NCBI GenBank assembly: GCA_964016885.1
Contig: OZ024744.1
Location: 57,908,001 to 57,972,000 of the forward strand
Source of the DNA: Eledone cirrhosa
Taxonomy: Eukaryota
Direction of reading: 5' to 3'
DNA length: 64,000 nucleotides
Part shown: positions 1-12,195 of the stretch, in pieces
Layout of the letters: the number at the start of each line of letters is the position of its first letter
Position numbering within the stretch: the stretch's first letter is position 1
Notes under the pieces: generated by a model
Seen by the model: the letters and a program-made list of their open reading frames with translations, nothing else
What the model was told of the DNA's origin: nothing
The model's database searches: none
Translations under genes and position numbers: made by a program

Positions 1-415
1 GTGGCTTTGATGAACGCCAACCAGCGTGAAACAGACTGTCAGCTTCTCTCCCTTCTTTCCCCAAAAAGAAGTAAGTGACTCAGTCACTACTTTAAAACTG
101 ATAGTGTATGGTCTTCTAAATGTTTTTAATTAAACATACGATGTATTGCCAAATATACTATACATACATTCATGTATATATATATATGTGTTAGGTAATT
201 CCGAAGAAGAAGCAAAGGAAAAAAAGAGTGCTCTATGTATAAAACAGAGCTATTTAATTAGAAAGTGAACAACACAATATATAACTACTCCATTACCAAA
301 GGTTTCTGGATCCTAGACAATATTAATATACGTCTGGTAATGGAGTAGTTGTATATTGTGTTGTTCACTTTCTAATTAAGAGGTATATATATATATAATG
401 ATTTGTGTTCATTGT

Positions 416-522
416 GAAGGACCGTGACAAGTGGAGAGATGCTGTGCTGAATAGGACCCGTCCCACCCTTGCAAGCAGGGAAAAGCGGACGTAAAATGGT
501 GATGATGATGATGATGATGATG
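416..522 (+). mobile_element. RTE-clade LINE 3' end fragment (family B)
   Basis: Matches the 3' end of the RTE copy at 39120-39825 (KDRDKWRDAVL...cccttgcaagcagggaaaagcggacgtaaaatg) and ends in a (GAT)n tail. Confidence 0.8.
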
Positions 523-524
523 AA

Positions 525-727
525 TGATTTCTACTTTAAGCACAAGATCAGAAATTTGTTGAAGGGGAGGGGAAAGTCTATTAAATCGACCCCCAGTGTA
601 TAACTGGTACTTTATTTTAAAGATGAACAACAAAGCTAACTTTGGCAGTATTTGAACTCGGAACGTAAAGGGCCATCACTCTATGCCGCAAAGCATGTTG
701 TCCGACGCTCCACTGATACTCCCAATC
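525..727 (-). mobile_element. tRNA-derived SINE (family 1, Meta-domain-like), decayed
   Basis: Homologous to the copy at 62684-62871; B-box-like GAGTTCAAAT on the minus strand. Confidence 0.7.
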
Positions 728-1223
728 CAGACGACACTTGCATTTGGTGCTGTACACTAGGACTGAACCGAAAACCAAGTGGCTGTGAAGGAAATTTCTT
801 AACCACATAGACAGCCATGCCTGTGTCAGCCTTCATAGTTTTCAAAGTTTGAAAGTCAATTTTGTCCTGCAAAAGGGCAATTGCAATGTTTTGTTGTTGT
901 TGTTGTTGTTTTTTGTTGTTTTTATTTTCGTTAGTTTGTTTTTCTCACACACACCACTTTTCACTCTTTCACTCACTTACCTACATCATTAACTCCACTA
1001 GCTCTATTCATTCTACTCCCTCAGTCAGTCATCATACACACACATCCTTTCTCTCTAGTACTAGTACCTCCTTCCAGTTCTGTCTCCTACCACACAGAAA
1101 CATATATTTACATAGAAGAAACTGGAGGGAAAGGGTGAGAGGAGGGGGGGGGGGGTGAGGAGAAGTAGGGAGAGGAGTGCCAGAGCAGACAGAGACAGAG
1201 GGGAAATTGAAATGTCATGGACT

Positions 1224-1690
<467 letters not shown>

Positions 1691-1889
1691 AGTATTCTTA
1701 CTCTGAAATACTGAACTATTTCCCATTTACCTCATCCATTCCTCTCACATCACACACTTTAAGATAAAATGTAAATTGTTGGTAATTTGTTGCGACTTCT
1801 TCACTTCTTTCTGTTGTTAAGTAATTATTCAAACACCAACGGATTTCAACAACAGTTATACTAAGATATCCACAGTATAAATATATAAA

Positions 1890-1940
<51 letters not shown>

Positions 1941-2079
1941 CGGGGGAGGGAGAGTGAGAGATCACAGAATAGAATACAAATACAGACAGTACCACTTACA
2001 TACATATGTGTGGGTGTGGAGTGTATGTGTGTGTGTGTGTGTGCTGTTTTGTGTGTGTGTATATATATATATGTGTATA

Positions 2080-2138
<59 letters not shown>

Positions 2139-2142
<4 letters not shown>

Positions 2143-3684
2143 ATGAGCTGCAATTTGGGTTTGTACCAGGAAGAGGCACCACTGATGCCCTCTTCCTTGT
2201 GAGGCAGTTACAGTAAAAGTACCTAGCTAAAAGTAAACCACTCTACTTGGCATTCGTCAAATCTGGAAAAAGCCTTCAACAGAGTCCCCCGTGCTATAAT
2301 CTGGTGGGCTCTCAGAAAATTAGGAGTAGAGGAATGGCTTGTGAAAGCTGTACAGCCATGTATAGAGGAGCAGTCAGCAAAGTTAGGATTAGCAATGACT
2401 ATAGTGAGGAATTTAGCATACAGGTTGGTGTCTGTTCTTAGGGCTCTGTTCTTAGCCCTCTCCTGTTCATTATAGTTTTGCAGGCAATATCGGAGGAGTT
2501 TAAGACCGGATGCCCATGGGAACTCCTGTATGTGGATGATCTTGCACTTATAGCAGAATCCATGGTGGAACTAGAGAAGAAATTCCAAACTTGGAAGCAG
2601 GGACTAGAAAGAAAGGGTCGCAAAGTCAACCTGACAAAAACTAAGGTTCTTGTAAGTAGACTAGAAAACAGAACCCAGATTCCCTCAGGGAAATGGCCTT
2701 GCTCAGTATGTAGGAAAGGAGTAGGTAGGAACTCCATCCTCTGCCCCAAATGCAAACAATGGGTGCACAAGAGATGTAGTGGGATCTCAGGTAGTTTAAC
2801 TAAGAATGTAGGCTTCACATGCAGCAGCTGTGCTGGGACAGCAAGCAGCAAACAGCCACAGGAAACAAGTACCACCAAACTCTGGGAGGGCTCTGTAGAA
2901 ACAGTAGACAGCTTCTGCTACCTAGATGACCGAATTAGCAGCAGAGGTGGGTGTTCGGAAAGTACAATAACTAGGGTAAGAATGGGATGGAAGAAGTTCA
3001 GGGAGCTACTGCCACTGCTAGTTGCAAAAGGCTTTTCCCTCAAAATGAAAGGTCGACTGTATGATGCATGCATACAAACAGCAATGTTACATGGTAGTGA
3101 GACCTGGGCGCTGTCTGTAGAAGACTTGCGCAGATTAGAAAGAAACGAAGCTTACACACTCCGATGGATGTGTATGAAGGATGACAGCTGCATAAAAAGG
3201 TGCAGAGCATTAGAAGTCGATGGAACCTGCGGAGTGGGGAGACCCAAGAAGACCTGGGATGAGGTGATAAACGCCGACCTTACCCAATTGCATCTCTCAA
3301 GAGGAATGACACACGACCGTGACCTCTGGCGTCACGCAGTAATACAGAAGACCCGACCCTGCACAGGAACAAGCCGAAGGTGAAGCATATAGACAATATG
3401 CCCCCCACACCTCCCACTGCAATGTGGTCGTGGAGGTGCCACTACAAAAAAAGCACCCAGCCCACACTGTAAAGTGGACGTGGAGGTGCCATGGCAAAAA
3501 AGCACCCAGCACTTACGATAAATAAGGTTGATGTTAGGAAGGGCATCCAGCTGTAGAAATCAAGCCAGAATCAGTTCCTGTATGAGCAAGACAAGGTCAG
3601 CCGACTGGACACTGCCCACAACAGGACAACCCTTCTAATCCATGCTAGCATGGAAGAACGGACGTAAAACGGTGATGATGATGA
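2139..3684 (+). mobile_element. RTE-clade LINE (family A), 5'-truncated, disrupted RT
   Basis: [33 protein letters not shown]-like CSVC..CPKC..VHKRC, MLHGSETW, GRPKKTW; 3' UTR ends in (GAT)n; stops and frameshifts present. Confidence 0.92.
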
Positions 3685-3696
3685 TATATATATATG

Positions 3697-4150
3697 ATAA
3701 ATGTAATCTGAGTTTTTCGAATATTAATAACATTCAATTTGTTTGCAATTATACAAACAAGCCTCATTTGTATAGCCATGTCAGTAGAATGAACCCTTCA
3801 TTCTTGCTCTTGTGGATCTGCTATTATGCAAATTTGACTGATCAGCCAGTCTGCTAATATGTAAATCAGGCCGATCAGTCACTGTATATTTTAGAAAATA
3901 GCATATATTTTCACTAGCTCTGACAGTTGGCAGGTGAACAGTGAACTCTACTGATGAAGGGTAATACCCAGAAACATTAGTGTCTGCAGTTCTGTTTACA
4001 TGCCAACACAAGAGCAAGAATGAAGGGTTCATTCTACTGACATGGCTATAAAAATGAGGCTTGTTTGTATAATTGCAAACGAATCGAATCTTGTTATTAA
4101 TATTCGAAAAACTATTACATTTATTGTATTCAGCCATGTAGAGCGAAAAT
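3697..4150 (+). mobile_element. Non-autonomous hammerhead-bearing repeat (family H2) with a 5' inverted copy of its 3' end
   Basis: 3697-3814 is the reverse complement of about 4007-4125; the body recurs at 19660-19990; flanked by (TA)n. Confidence 0.75.
3934..3999 (+). ncRNA. Type I hammerhead ribozyme motif (H2)
   Basis: gaactcta-CTGATGA-a-GGGT aat ACCC-a-GAAA-cat ta gtg-TC-tgcagttc; stem I gtgaacag/ctgtttac; GUC site at 3982-3984. Confidence 0.75.
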
Positions 4151-4601
4151 TTTATTTTTATTTTTTTATTATATATATATATATATATATATGAAAAAGT
4201 ATGACCCCGACGGCAGAGCTCAAGCCGTTTCGACGGCTATTTCTGGACTAAATTAGAATTTTTTTAATTAGTCCAGAAATAGCCATCGAAACGGCTTGAG
4301 CTCTGCCGTCGGGGTCATACTTTTTCCTATTTCCCACTCTACTACCCTAAGTATTGAGTACTCTGGTGCGTTATGGTCCATCTGGTTCCTTACCACAATT
4401 CCTTTGTTATATATATATATATTATTATACTTGGGGAAGGTCATATTTGTGTAATATTGCCAGAATTAATAACAGAACACACTCACTGTTTGGTTGGTTT
4501 TCGCTTCTGTCTTTTATATCGGTTAATTTAATTTATTCGGTCCTCAATGTTGCCAACGGTCAAAAATAATACAGATACAATATAGACAGAAACACATATA
4601 T

Positions 4602-4655
4602 ATAGTCTATCAAAGTTCTTTCGTTGCACATCTGCAACATCGTCGGTGGTGCTAT
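4602..4655 (-). ncRNA. Minimal hammerhead motif in PLE 3' repeat (H3), core mutated to CCGACGA
   Basis: Minus strand: accaCCGACGA-t-GTTGCA gatg TGCAAC-GAAA-gaact-t-tgatag; intact CTGANGA core in the copies at 11920, 62478 and 63647. Confidence 0.6.
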
Positions 4656-5076
4656 TGTTTCCTCCCGTTGCATTGTATTTTCTACGCCATCTTTATTTAG
4701 TCTGTTTATATATTTATTTATTTGTTGTTTTTTTTTGTCTTCTTTGCGCATGCATTTGCGTGTGTGTATAGTGTTTTGTTTGATGTGTGTTCGTGATTGA
4801 GTGACTGTGTATTGGTTAATGTATTCTATCTTTACTAGTGTGTGTTTATATGTGTTTGTTGTTATTGTGCTTGTGTATGTATTTATTTATTTATCTATTT
4901 ATTTATTTATTTATACTTCTCTTAGGTTAGTGTTGTTTGTTTGGGTGTTGTTATTCCATTCATTTTTTCTGTTTAGCCTTGGCCTTCTAAGTTTTATTTC
5001 ACTGGCCTCTCTGATTTGCCTATCTGCTGGGTCATTTCTATGTTTAAATATTATTCTAATGTCTATGTTGTCTATG

Positions 5077-5703
5077 TTACCGTCGTGTTGTTGTCTGGCA
5101 TGTTCGTATAGTACTGAACCGTTTTTTTCGTCCTTTTAGTTCCCCCCAGTGTTGGTCTATCCTTTCACCTATGCTACGAGCTGTCTCACCTATGTATGTT
5201 GTTGTCACGTTTCTGCAAGTACCCTCTGTACATCTTATGCTATAGACTACGTTACAGTTTATCCGGGGGTTTACTTTACATATGATACATTTCCTATTAG
5301 TACAGTGGGTTTTCTTAAAAGGGTAGGTTTTGCTGATCAGGGATTTTATGGTGGTTCCTGGCTTTTCTACCACCTTAATCTTTAAGTGGGTCTTTCTCAG
5401 GGCCTTTCTACACTGGTTAGCTAATTTCCCTCCAGGGGTAGCGTCCACAAACATGAGACTCTGGTATCTCTGGTTGTCGTACCATGAGGTGGCTTTCCCT
5501 ATCTTATGTCTAGCCCTCTCTAAGCTATTCCATGATTTGCTCCTGTATAATGGGCAAATTCCTTTCATGTCCAGTTCTATGAGGGTCTTATACTTCTCCG
5601 TAGCTCCTTCGTATACTCTGATTCTGTTTATTTGGTTGTAGCCAGAGAACTGCATGCGGTTGATGAAGTGTTGGATTGTCTTTCCATTTCTGTTGGGTCG
5701 CAC
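5077..5703 (-). pseudogene. Penelope-like GIY-YIG endonuclease domain
   Basis: C..C.IC linker followed by NVVYSIRC...YIGETARSIGERIDQH. Confidence 0.85.
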
Positions 5704-7079
5704 ATGCGGGACACATTCTTCATCACTCGTACCAAGTCTGCGATCAGAATATTAAACTTAGCACTACTGGAAATTGCTGAGATTTTGCGTATCAGGTATT
5801 TGGAAGCCATGGGTTTAGCGTAGTCTGAGTGGAGAATGTGGGCCCTCTCGTCTATAGTGTTAATCCAGAGTTCCGTGTCTAATACAGATAGTCTATTGTT
5901 AGGGTGTTTGGAAGGGTAGTCGATAATTACAGTTATACTCTGGTGTATGGAATTAGCTATCTGCTGGATGCTTTCCATTGTGCTACGTTCTAAATCACAC
6001 TTGTTAGTGCTCTCTTGTGGGGATGTTCTTATTACTATATTGATATTGTCTACGTAACGAGAGTACATGATGAGGTCTATGGAGCTCTCATCAAGGAGAT
6101 CTTTAAGTCTCCTTTCCCACCATACCATAAAAAGGTTGGCAACGTCACCAGCTATTCTGACGCCAATGGCTGCTCCCTCATTTTGGGTGTAGATCTTCTC
6201 GTTGAACTTGAATATGTGGCCCTTTAGGGTAGTTTTGATACTAGCCCCTATTGCATGTGCGACCATTTTTCTTACCTGATCATTGTTTTGGGGGGTTCGT
6301 ATAGCTTTGGTCCACCCAATCCACCTTCCCATGGGAGTCTTTTTAGCCATTGAGGTTATGGTGGAGGGGGAGGGTCTACCTCTTATGGGTCTACTGGGGC
6401 AGAAACATCTAAGGTTATGGCTGTCTAGGTAGTCAGTGTCATGGGTAAGTCTAAGTAGGAGGCCCAGTTTGTTTGTGTCGACGTCGCAGAACTCCACCTC
6501 ACTCTCAATGATCATCTCCACACATTTTTCCACAGCAAAATCAATGTTAATGGATGGGTACAGTGACACCACATCCATGCTGCCTATTATGCAGTTGGAT
6601 AGGTTCCTGTTTTTGTTGCACTCACTGATTCTGCTGAGGAGGTCCTCTGTACTGTCACATACATCTGGGGACATCTTGATTATGGGGCGTATAACCATTG
6701 AGAGGAAGTAGGAGATCCTGTAGTTGCTAGCTATATTTGCTCCGCATACAGGTCTTGTTTGTGGTCCTGTTGTCGGGTCGTCGACTGTCTTGTGGTCTTT
6801 GCGGAGCCCATACAAGGGTGGTATGCCATTGTTAGACGCCTGGAAGTTGTTGGCAGTGCGTCTGCTTGGCTTTAGGATGTCGGTCCACATCATCATGTGA
6901 GCGTTGAGGATTTTCTCTCTCTCATCGTGTATTTGCTGTGCAATTTCGCTCGTGTTGGTGATGTGGGGTTGCATAGCCTTGATGTAGTTCGGCATGCTGT
7001 CTATTGACATCCTACCAGACTTATCCATGGGTAGACATACTATCTCACCATCCCTTGTGCGCTGCTTGAGGCTAACCAA
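5628..7079 (-). pseudogene. Penelope-like reverse transcriptase domain
   Basis: 483-aa ORF with PLE RT motifs; the catalytic YVDD reads YVDN; frameshifted relative to the endonuclease ORF. Confidence 0.88.
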
Positions 7080-7524
7080 GCCTTCTACAGGTTTCCTCCC
7101 AAGTTGTTGGACCTCTGGTCTGCTCTGTCTCTTAGTATACCGGTCTACTATTTGTCTAATCTTATTTCAAACTATGGTGAACTGTGCCTCTGTCTCGTCA
7201 TCTATTTGTTGTGGTATGCAAACTCTTTTATTAAAGGGTAACCTCGTAGGATAGATATTACCCATCTTATATGTTTTGTCAGCTGAGTTGAAGAAAAGTT
7301 TCTCTAAGGGGTTGTCATTATATCTATCGTCATAGTTGTGTGTGTTGCTAATATTGTTATTATGGCGGTTATTGTTGTTCCTATCATTAGCATTATTATT
7401 ATTGTTATGATTGCTAGATGTATTGTTGCTGTGATTGTTAGATGGCAATATTACACAAATATGACCCTCCCCAAGTATAACAATATTTGTTTCGACACAC
7501 GATTTCATATAAAAAACCTCGCAA

Positions 7525-7579
<55 letters not shown>

Positions 7580-7582
<3 letters not shown>

Positions 7583-8185
7583 TGGCTGCCAACTCGTTTT
7601 CGAGTACGGCCACTACTTTATATCCATGTAGGAGAACCCCTACCGATGCGCTGAACGAATGTGACTTTTTAGTCCAGCCAGCGACTTGAAAACTGGTACA
7701 AACACTACACTTGTGACAATTATTGACACATAGTGCTGGGCCCATGGTACCATGTGACGACAAGTACAGAGAGATCTCCAGATATAAAGCAATGCCTGTG
7801 CCGTGAAGCTTTTATAGTGAGCAAAGACTCTGCACAAAGCCAGTCACACTCTCTTAACCAAGATGATATTTACCAAAAAGAAGAACAAGGCAACATCATT
7901 GGATACCATCAGGGTTGCAGGTGTTATATCAGAGTTTTCCTTCTCCTAGAATTCTGCCTTGACAAAGGCTAAGGGGTCATCTCTCCCGGTGATTTTGGAT
8001 GGCCATTGACTCTTAAGAGCTCCTTTGCCCTTTGACAGGTTTTGTTTTTCGTCCTTCAGGATGTCCAAAGTCACCCTCCTCACCAAGAAACCTTGGTGGG
8101 GTTGCCAGTTTAGTCGCCAACGACCCGACCATGAGACAGGTTGTACTGGGATACATGTTACCAGTAGCACCAACTGGTGACCTGA
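7580..8185 (-). mobile_element. Short RTE-derived element (putative 5' UTR joined to 3' zinc-finger end)
   Basis: Minus-strand C..C...FKSLAGLKSHIRSAHR followed by a hairpin-like 3' UTR; ttttccttctcctag motif typical of RTE 5' regions; between (TA)n tracts. Confidence 0.55.
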
Positions 8186-8204
8186 CAGTTTTAAATAGAA
8201 CTTT

Positions 8205-8285
<81 letters not shown>

Positions 8286-8301
8286 AAAAGTTCTATTTAA
8301 A

Positions 8302-8520
8302 ACTTCTCTATCTAGCCTATTATGGGACCTAAAACTAAAGAACGTTGAATATTCGTTGATTTGGAATATTATTTTAAAAGCTACTCTTTTTAACTCCTCT
8401 TCAGAAAATTGCGATCTTTGTATAGAGGAAATATTCTTTATATTAAAGACCAAAAATTCCCTGAACTTAAGAAATAATTTATTCAGTTGCTGCAGACATA
8501 GATTAAACTCAACGTTTAAA
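8302..8520 (+). pseudogene. C-terminal GIY-YIG fragment of a second Penelope-like family
   Basis: TSLSSLLWDLK..IWNII..CDLCIEEIFFI..LNLRNNLFSCCRHR resembles the PLE endonuclease C-terminus (W.LK, C.LC..E, LN.R, CRH). Confidence 0.7.
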
Positions 8521-10132
8521 TATAAATATAAATTTTAAATGTAGTATATAATTAATTAATTAATTTTATTAATATATTGAACCTGTCGATAAATCATTAG
8601 ATTCCTTCATCTTTTTTTTGACTGATTATACACTCAAGTAAAAATAACTTTTCTTCCTAAATATAAATAAATATAAATATAATAAACTATTCTAGAGAAA
8701 TATATTGAGAGCTCTTGAAAGGAGAAAACATTTCTTATTTTTTTTATTGTTCTGATAGCTTCTCCTATTTTCGAAAGTTTATCCTTTTAAAAATTTTAAG
8801 TTAAATATACGTAAAATAAATTTCTATACTAAATCTATTAAACATACTATTATTTTGAAATTATTACTTAAAATATTCTATAATATTTTAAAATTGTATT
8901 GTTTTTAAAGTTATATTGCTTATAATTATATTTCCAAATTGTAATATAATTCTTTTGTATTTTATGTACTCAATTATACTATGTACTGTATTTATATATA
9001 CTTCTCTCTATATGTGAGTATATATGTATATGTGTGTATTGACATACATGTACATATGTTTTATGCGTTTTTATGAATGTATGTCTATCTGTATGTATAT
9101 GTATACGTGATGCGTGTCTACCTATTGGTTGATGGTACATATATATGTATATGTGGGAATTGTGTATATACATATGCGTGTATATCCATACAATTTGATT
9201 GCACTTATGTATAGTGATTATCCCAAGATTCGTGACAGATAGACATATAATAACAGCCATAAATACATAACAGGTAATCTTATAAAACTTATATTAAAAA
9301 AATTTTGTTTAATAACATAAAGTGTGTATAACATAAAATGTCCTTTAATATCTTAACAATTATAACATTTTATAAGATTCCTATATCTTAAATTAAATTA
9401 AAGAATCCTTTATGTTTTGTGTGTATATATTATATACGTAGTTAGATATGTATATGTATTTTGTAAGTGTGTATATATATTTTTGCGTGTGTATACGTGT
9501 TATATGTAGTTCTCTAGTAATATATGGATTTCTTAATATATAGATCCCAATTTTTAATATAATGATCTCAATTTTTAAATGATTAACTAAACATCTAATC
9601 ATATTTAAACAATGGTTACATTTCTCATATTATATATGTATATTCCATTCATGATTATTAACATTTCTAATTTTATTTATTCATTTCATCTCAATTGTTA
9701 AGTTAACTCAACAAGATATGACTTAGAGTTTTTCGTTCTCTCCCCTTCTCTCTGCCTCCTCTCTCCCCTTCTCTCTGTCTCCTCTCTCTATATATATCTT
9801 TCTCTCTCTGTTGTTTTGGTCTCTCTCTCTCTCTCTCTCTCCCTTTTCTCTCTTCTTCTTTATTTTTCTCTTTCTCCGTAACCCAACGGCTTATTTTAAA
9901 AATAAAAATATCCAATACTAATAATAATATAATTAAAGCTACAACTCCACTATCCGGGAGCTTCCAACAGTAATGGTTGCATTTTTAAGGGTATGTCAAT
10001 ATTTATTTATAAAACTGATCTATATTATATTTTATCTGATGAAAGCACACCATAATTTAACTTGGTGTCCTTGAAATATGTATAATGAAATAAATATGGT
10101 TTCATAAATATAGTTTCCATTTGTTAATATCG

Positions 10133-10167
<35 letters not shown>

Positions 10168-10172
10168 TTGTT

Positions 10173-10238
10173 ATAGAAATGGCTTCTACAGGACTAGAAC
10201 TGTTTCATTCAAAGGAAATCATCAGAAGCCCTTTCTAT
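10173..10238 (-). ncRNA. Hammerhead-like motif (H5)
   Basis: Minus strand: atagaaagggctt-CTGATGA-tttc cttt gaat-GAAA-cag ttctagtc ctg-TA-gaagccatttctat; one-base register shift in stem I. Confidence 0.55.
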
Positions 10239-10819
10239 ATTAAACATTTAGACTCTGCTATGTATTGAGTTCCTTATTTACTGTGATTACTCCCAATTGA
10301 ATTTGGGATACACAACTTCCATTGCACTGTGTTTACTGTGTTTGTTTTTATTGTTTTTACTAATTTTCACCTTGAACTAAATGCCCAACCCACACTATAA
10401 AGTGGTTGTTTCAGTGCTTCTATAAAAAAACACCCTGTCCACATTGTAATGTGGTTTTTGTTAGGAAGGGCATCCAACTGTAGAATCCATTGTTTCTTTC
10501 CAGGGACTATGTTGAAAAATGAATCTCGTTTGGTCATTTCATGAGAGTATCTTTATCAGCTTATGAGCTTTTCAGCCAACCTTCATATAGGTAAAATGTT
10601 TCTCCCCACCAATCTGGGAGGACAGCAGTTCTGATTAATTACAGTTTTGTTTGTAACATCCTGTTCACCCCATTGGATAATCAGGTTTTAAAATGATGAA
10701 GAAGAGTTTCTTAGAGCTACTTAAAAGGAACTCAGTACACCCCATAAAGTAGTGTGGACCTTTCAATTACAGGAAGAATATAACAACCTCTCTATTTGTA
10801 ATGTCTTTGTCGTACCATA

Positions 10820-11255
10820 ACAAAATGCACTCAGTACACTCTGTACATGCTGGTGCATGGTAAAACGCAGCCAGAACACTCTGTAAGCAGTTATGTTTGT
10901 ACTATGATAAACTGCACCCAGTACACTATAAGTGGTAATACCAGTGCAATGATATATTGTAACCAATACACTCTGTAAAGTTGCAGTGCTTGTGTCATGA
11001 TAAAATACAGCCAGTACATTAGGTGGTAATGTTGTGACCATGATAAAATGTACCTAGGCCACTCTGTAAAGTGATAGTGATGGCGCCATGGTAAAATACA
11101 CCCCATATATTAAATAGTAATTTTGGTGTCATGTTAAATTGTACCAAGTTTTCTAGTGCTTCAGTAAAAAGCACCCAAATGAACAGTAGATCTAATTAAC
11201 TACTAAGTTGGTCTTTAACACCCTGTCCAACCCATTTCAGTATGGAAAAACAGAC
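10820..11255 (+). repeat. Degenerate ~43-bp minisatellite ending in an RTE-type 3' tail
   Basis: Repeated cagtacactctgtaaagtg..catg.taaaa units related to the 20365-20660 array. Confidence 0.65.
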
Positions 11256-11499
11256 AAAAAATAATGATGCTGATGATTCAACTATATACAATTGTTTGTC
11301 TGTTTTTGTTTTGTCTTTGATTTTTTTTTTGTTTCTTTCTTTTGTTCATTTTTATTTGTTTGTATTTTTCAACAATTATATATAGTTCCTGTAAGAAATC
11401 TATGTGAATCAATAGCCTTCCGTTTATCCAAAGCCTTGTGAGTGGAATTTGATAAATAGAAACTATGTCGAAATGAAATGTATATGCATATGTATATAC

Positions 11500-11536
<37 letters not shown>

Positions 11537-11558
11537 TATATATATATTTATATATATA

Positions 11559-11770
11559 TCATCATCATCATCATCATTTTACGTCTGCTCTTCCCTGCAT
11601 GCAAGGGTGGGACGGGTCTTATTCAGCACACCATCTCTCCACTTGTCACGGTCCTTCGTCATCTCCACCGTGAATTCAGCAATCTGAGGTCTGTTCTCAC
11701 CACCTCTGCCCATGTTTTTCGTGGTCTACCTCTACCACGTCTTCCTTCAACTGGCATTTCCTGGCACTTC
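11559..11770 (-). mobile_element. RTE family B 3' fragment
   Basis: Aligns by eye with 39120-39335. Confidence 0.8.
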
Positions 11771-11869
11771 TTTATATATATATATATATATATATAATGT
11801 ATATAGTTGTATATATAGTTGTATATGTGTGTATATATTTACATAAACATATATATATATATATTTATA

Positions 11870-12158
11870 TAAATAAAATAAAAATGGCATAGACATACAA
11901 TACAACAGGAGGAAACATAATAGTACCACTGATGATGTTGCAGATGTGCAACGAAAGAACTTTGTTAGACTATATATATGTATTTATATCTATATTTATA
12001 TCTGTATTTTTGACCGTTGTTCAATCAATGATAAACGTTGATTGCCAAATAAATTAACTATGGAGATATAAAAGATACAGAAGCGAAAACCAACCAAACA
12101 GTGAGTGTGTTCTGTTATTATTTCTGGCACTATTACAATATGACCCTCCCCCAAGTAT

Positions 12159-12165
<7 letters not shown>
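11870..12165 (+). mobile_element. Solo PLE 3' repeat (pLTR) containing hammerhead H3 at 11920-11973
   Basis: Homologous to 4421-4720 (minus strand); CTGATGA-tgttgca gatg tgcaac-GAAA. Confidence 0.8.

Positions 12166-12195
<30 letters not shown>

Larger units (their letters stand above)
4421..7485 (-). mobile_element. Penelope-like retroelement (RT + GIY-YIG), 5'-truncated, frameshifted
   Basis: RT motifs PPLYGLRKDHK, RPVC, SMDVVSLYPSI, QNEGAAIG, YSRYVDN; GIY-YIG NVVYSIRC..YIGET.R; about 40 bp of the 3' terminus (4421-4461) is repeated inverted at the 5' end (7444-7485). Confidence 0.92.

Noticed and set aside
1-76. Plus-strand exon end with AA|GTAAGT donor
   Set aside because: Truncated by the window edge; the peptide VALMNANQRETDCQLLSLLSPKR is unrecognised and support is insufficient
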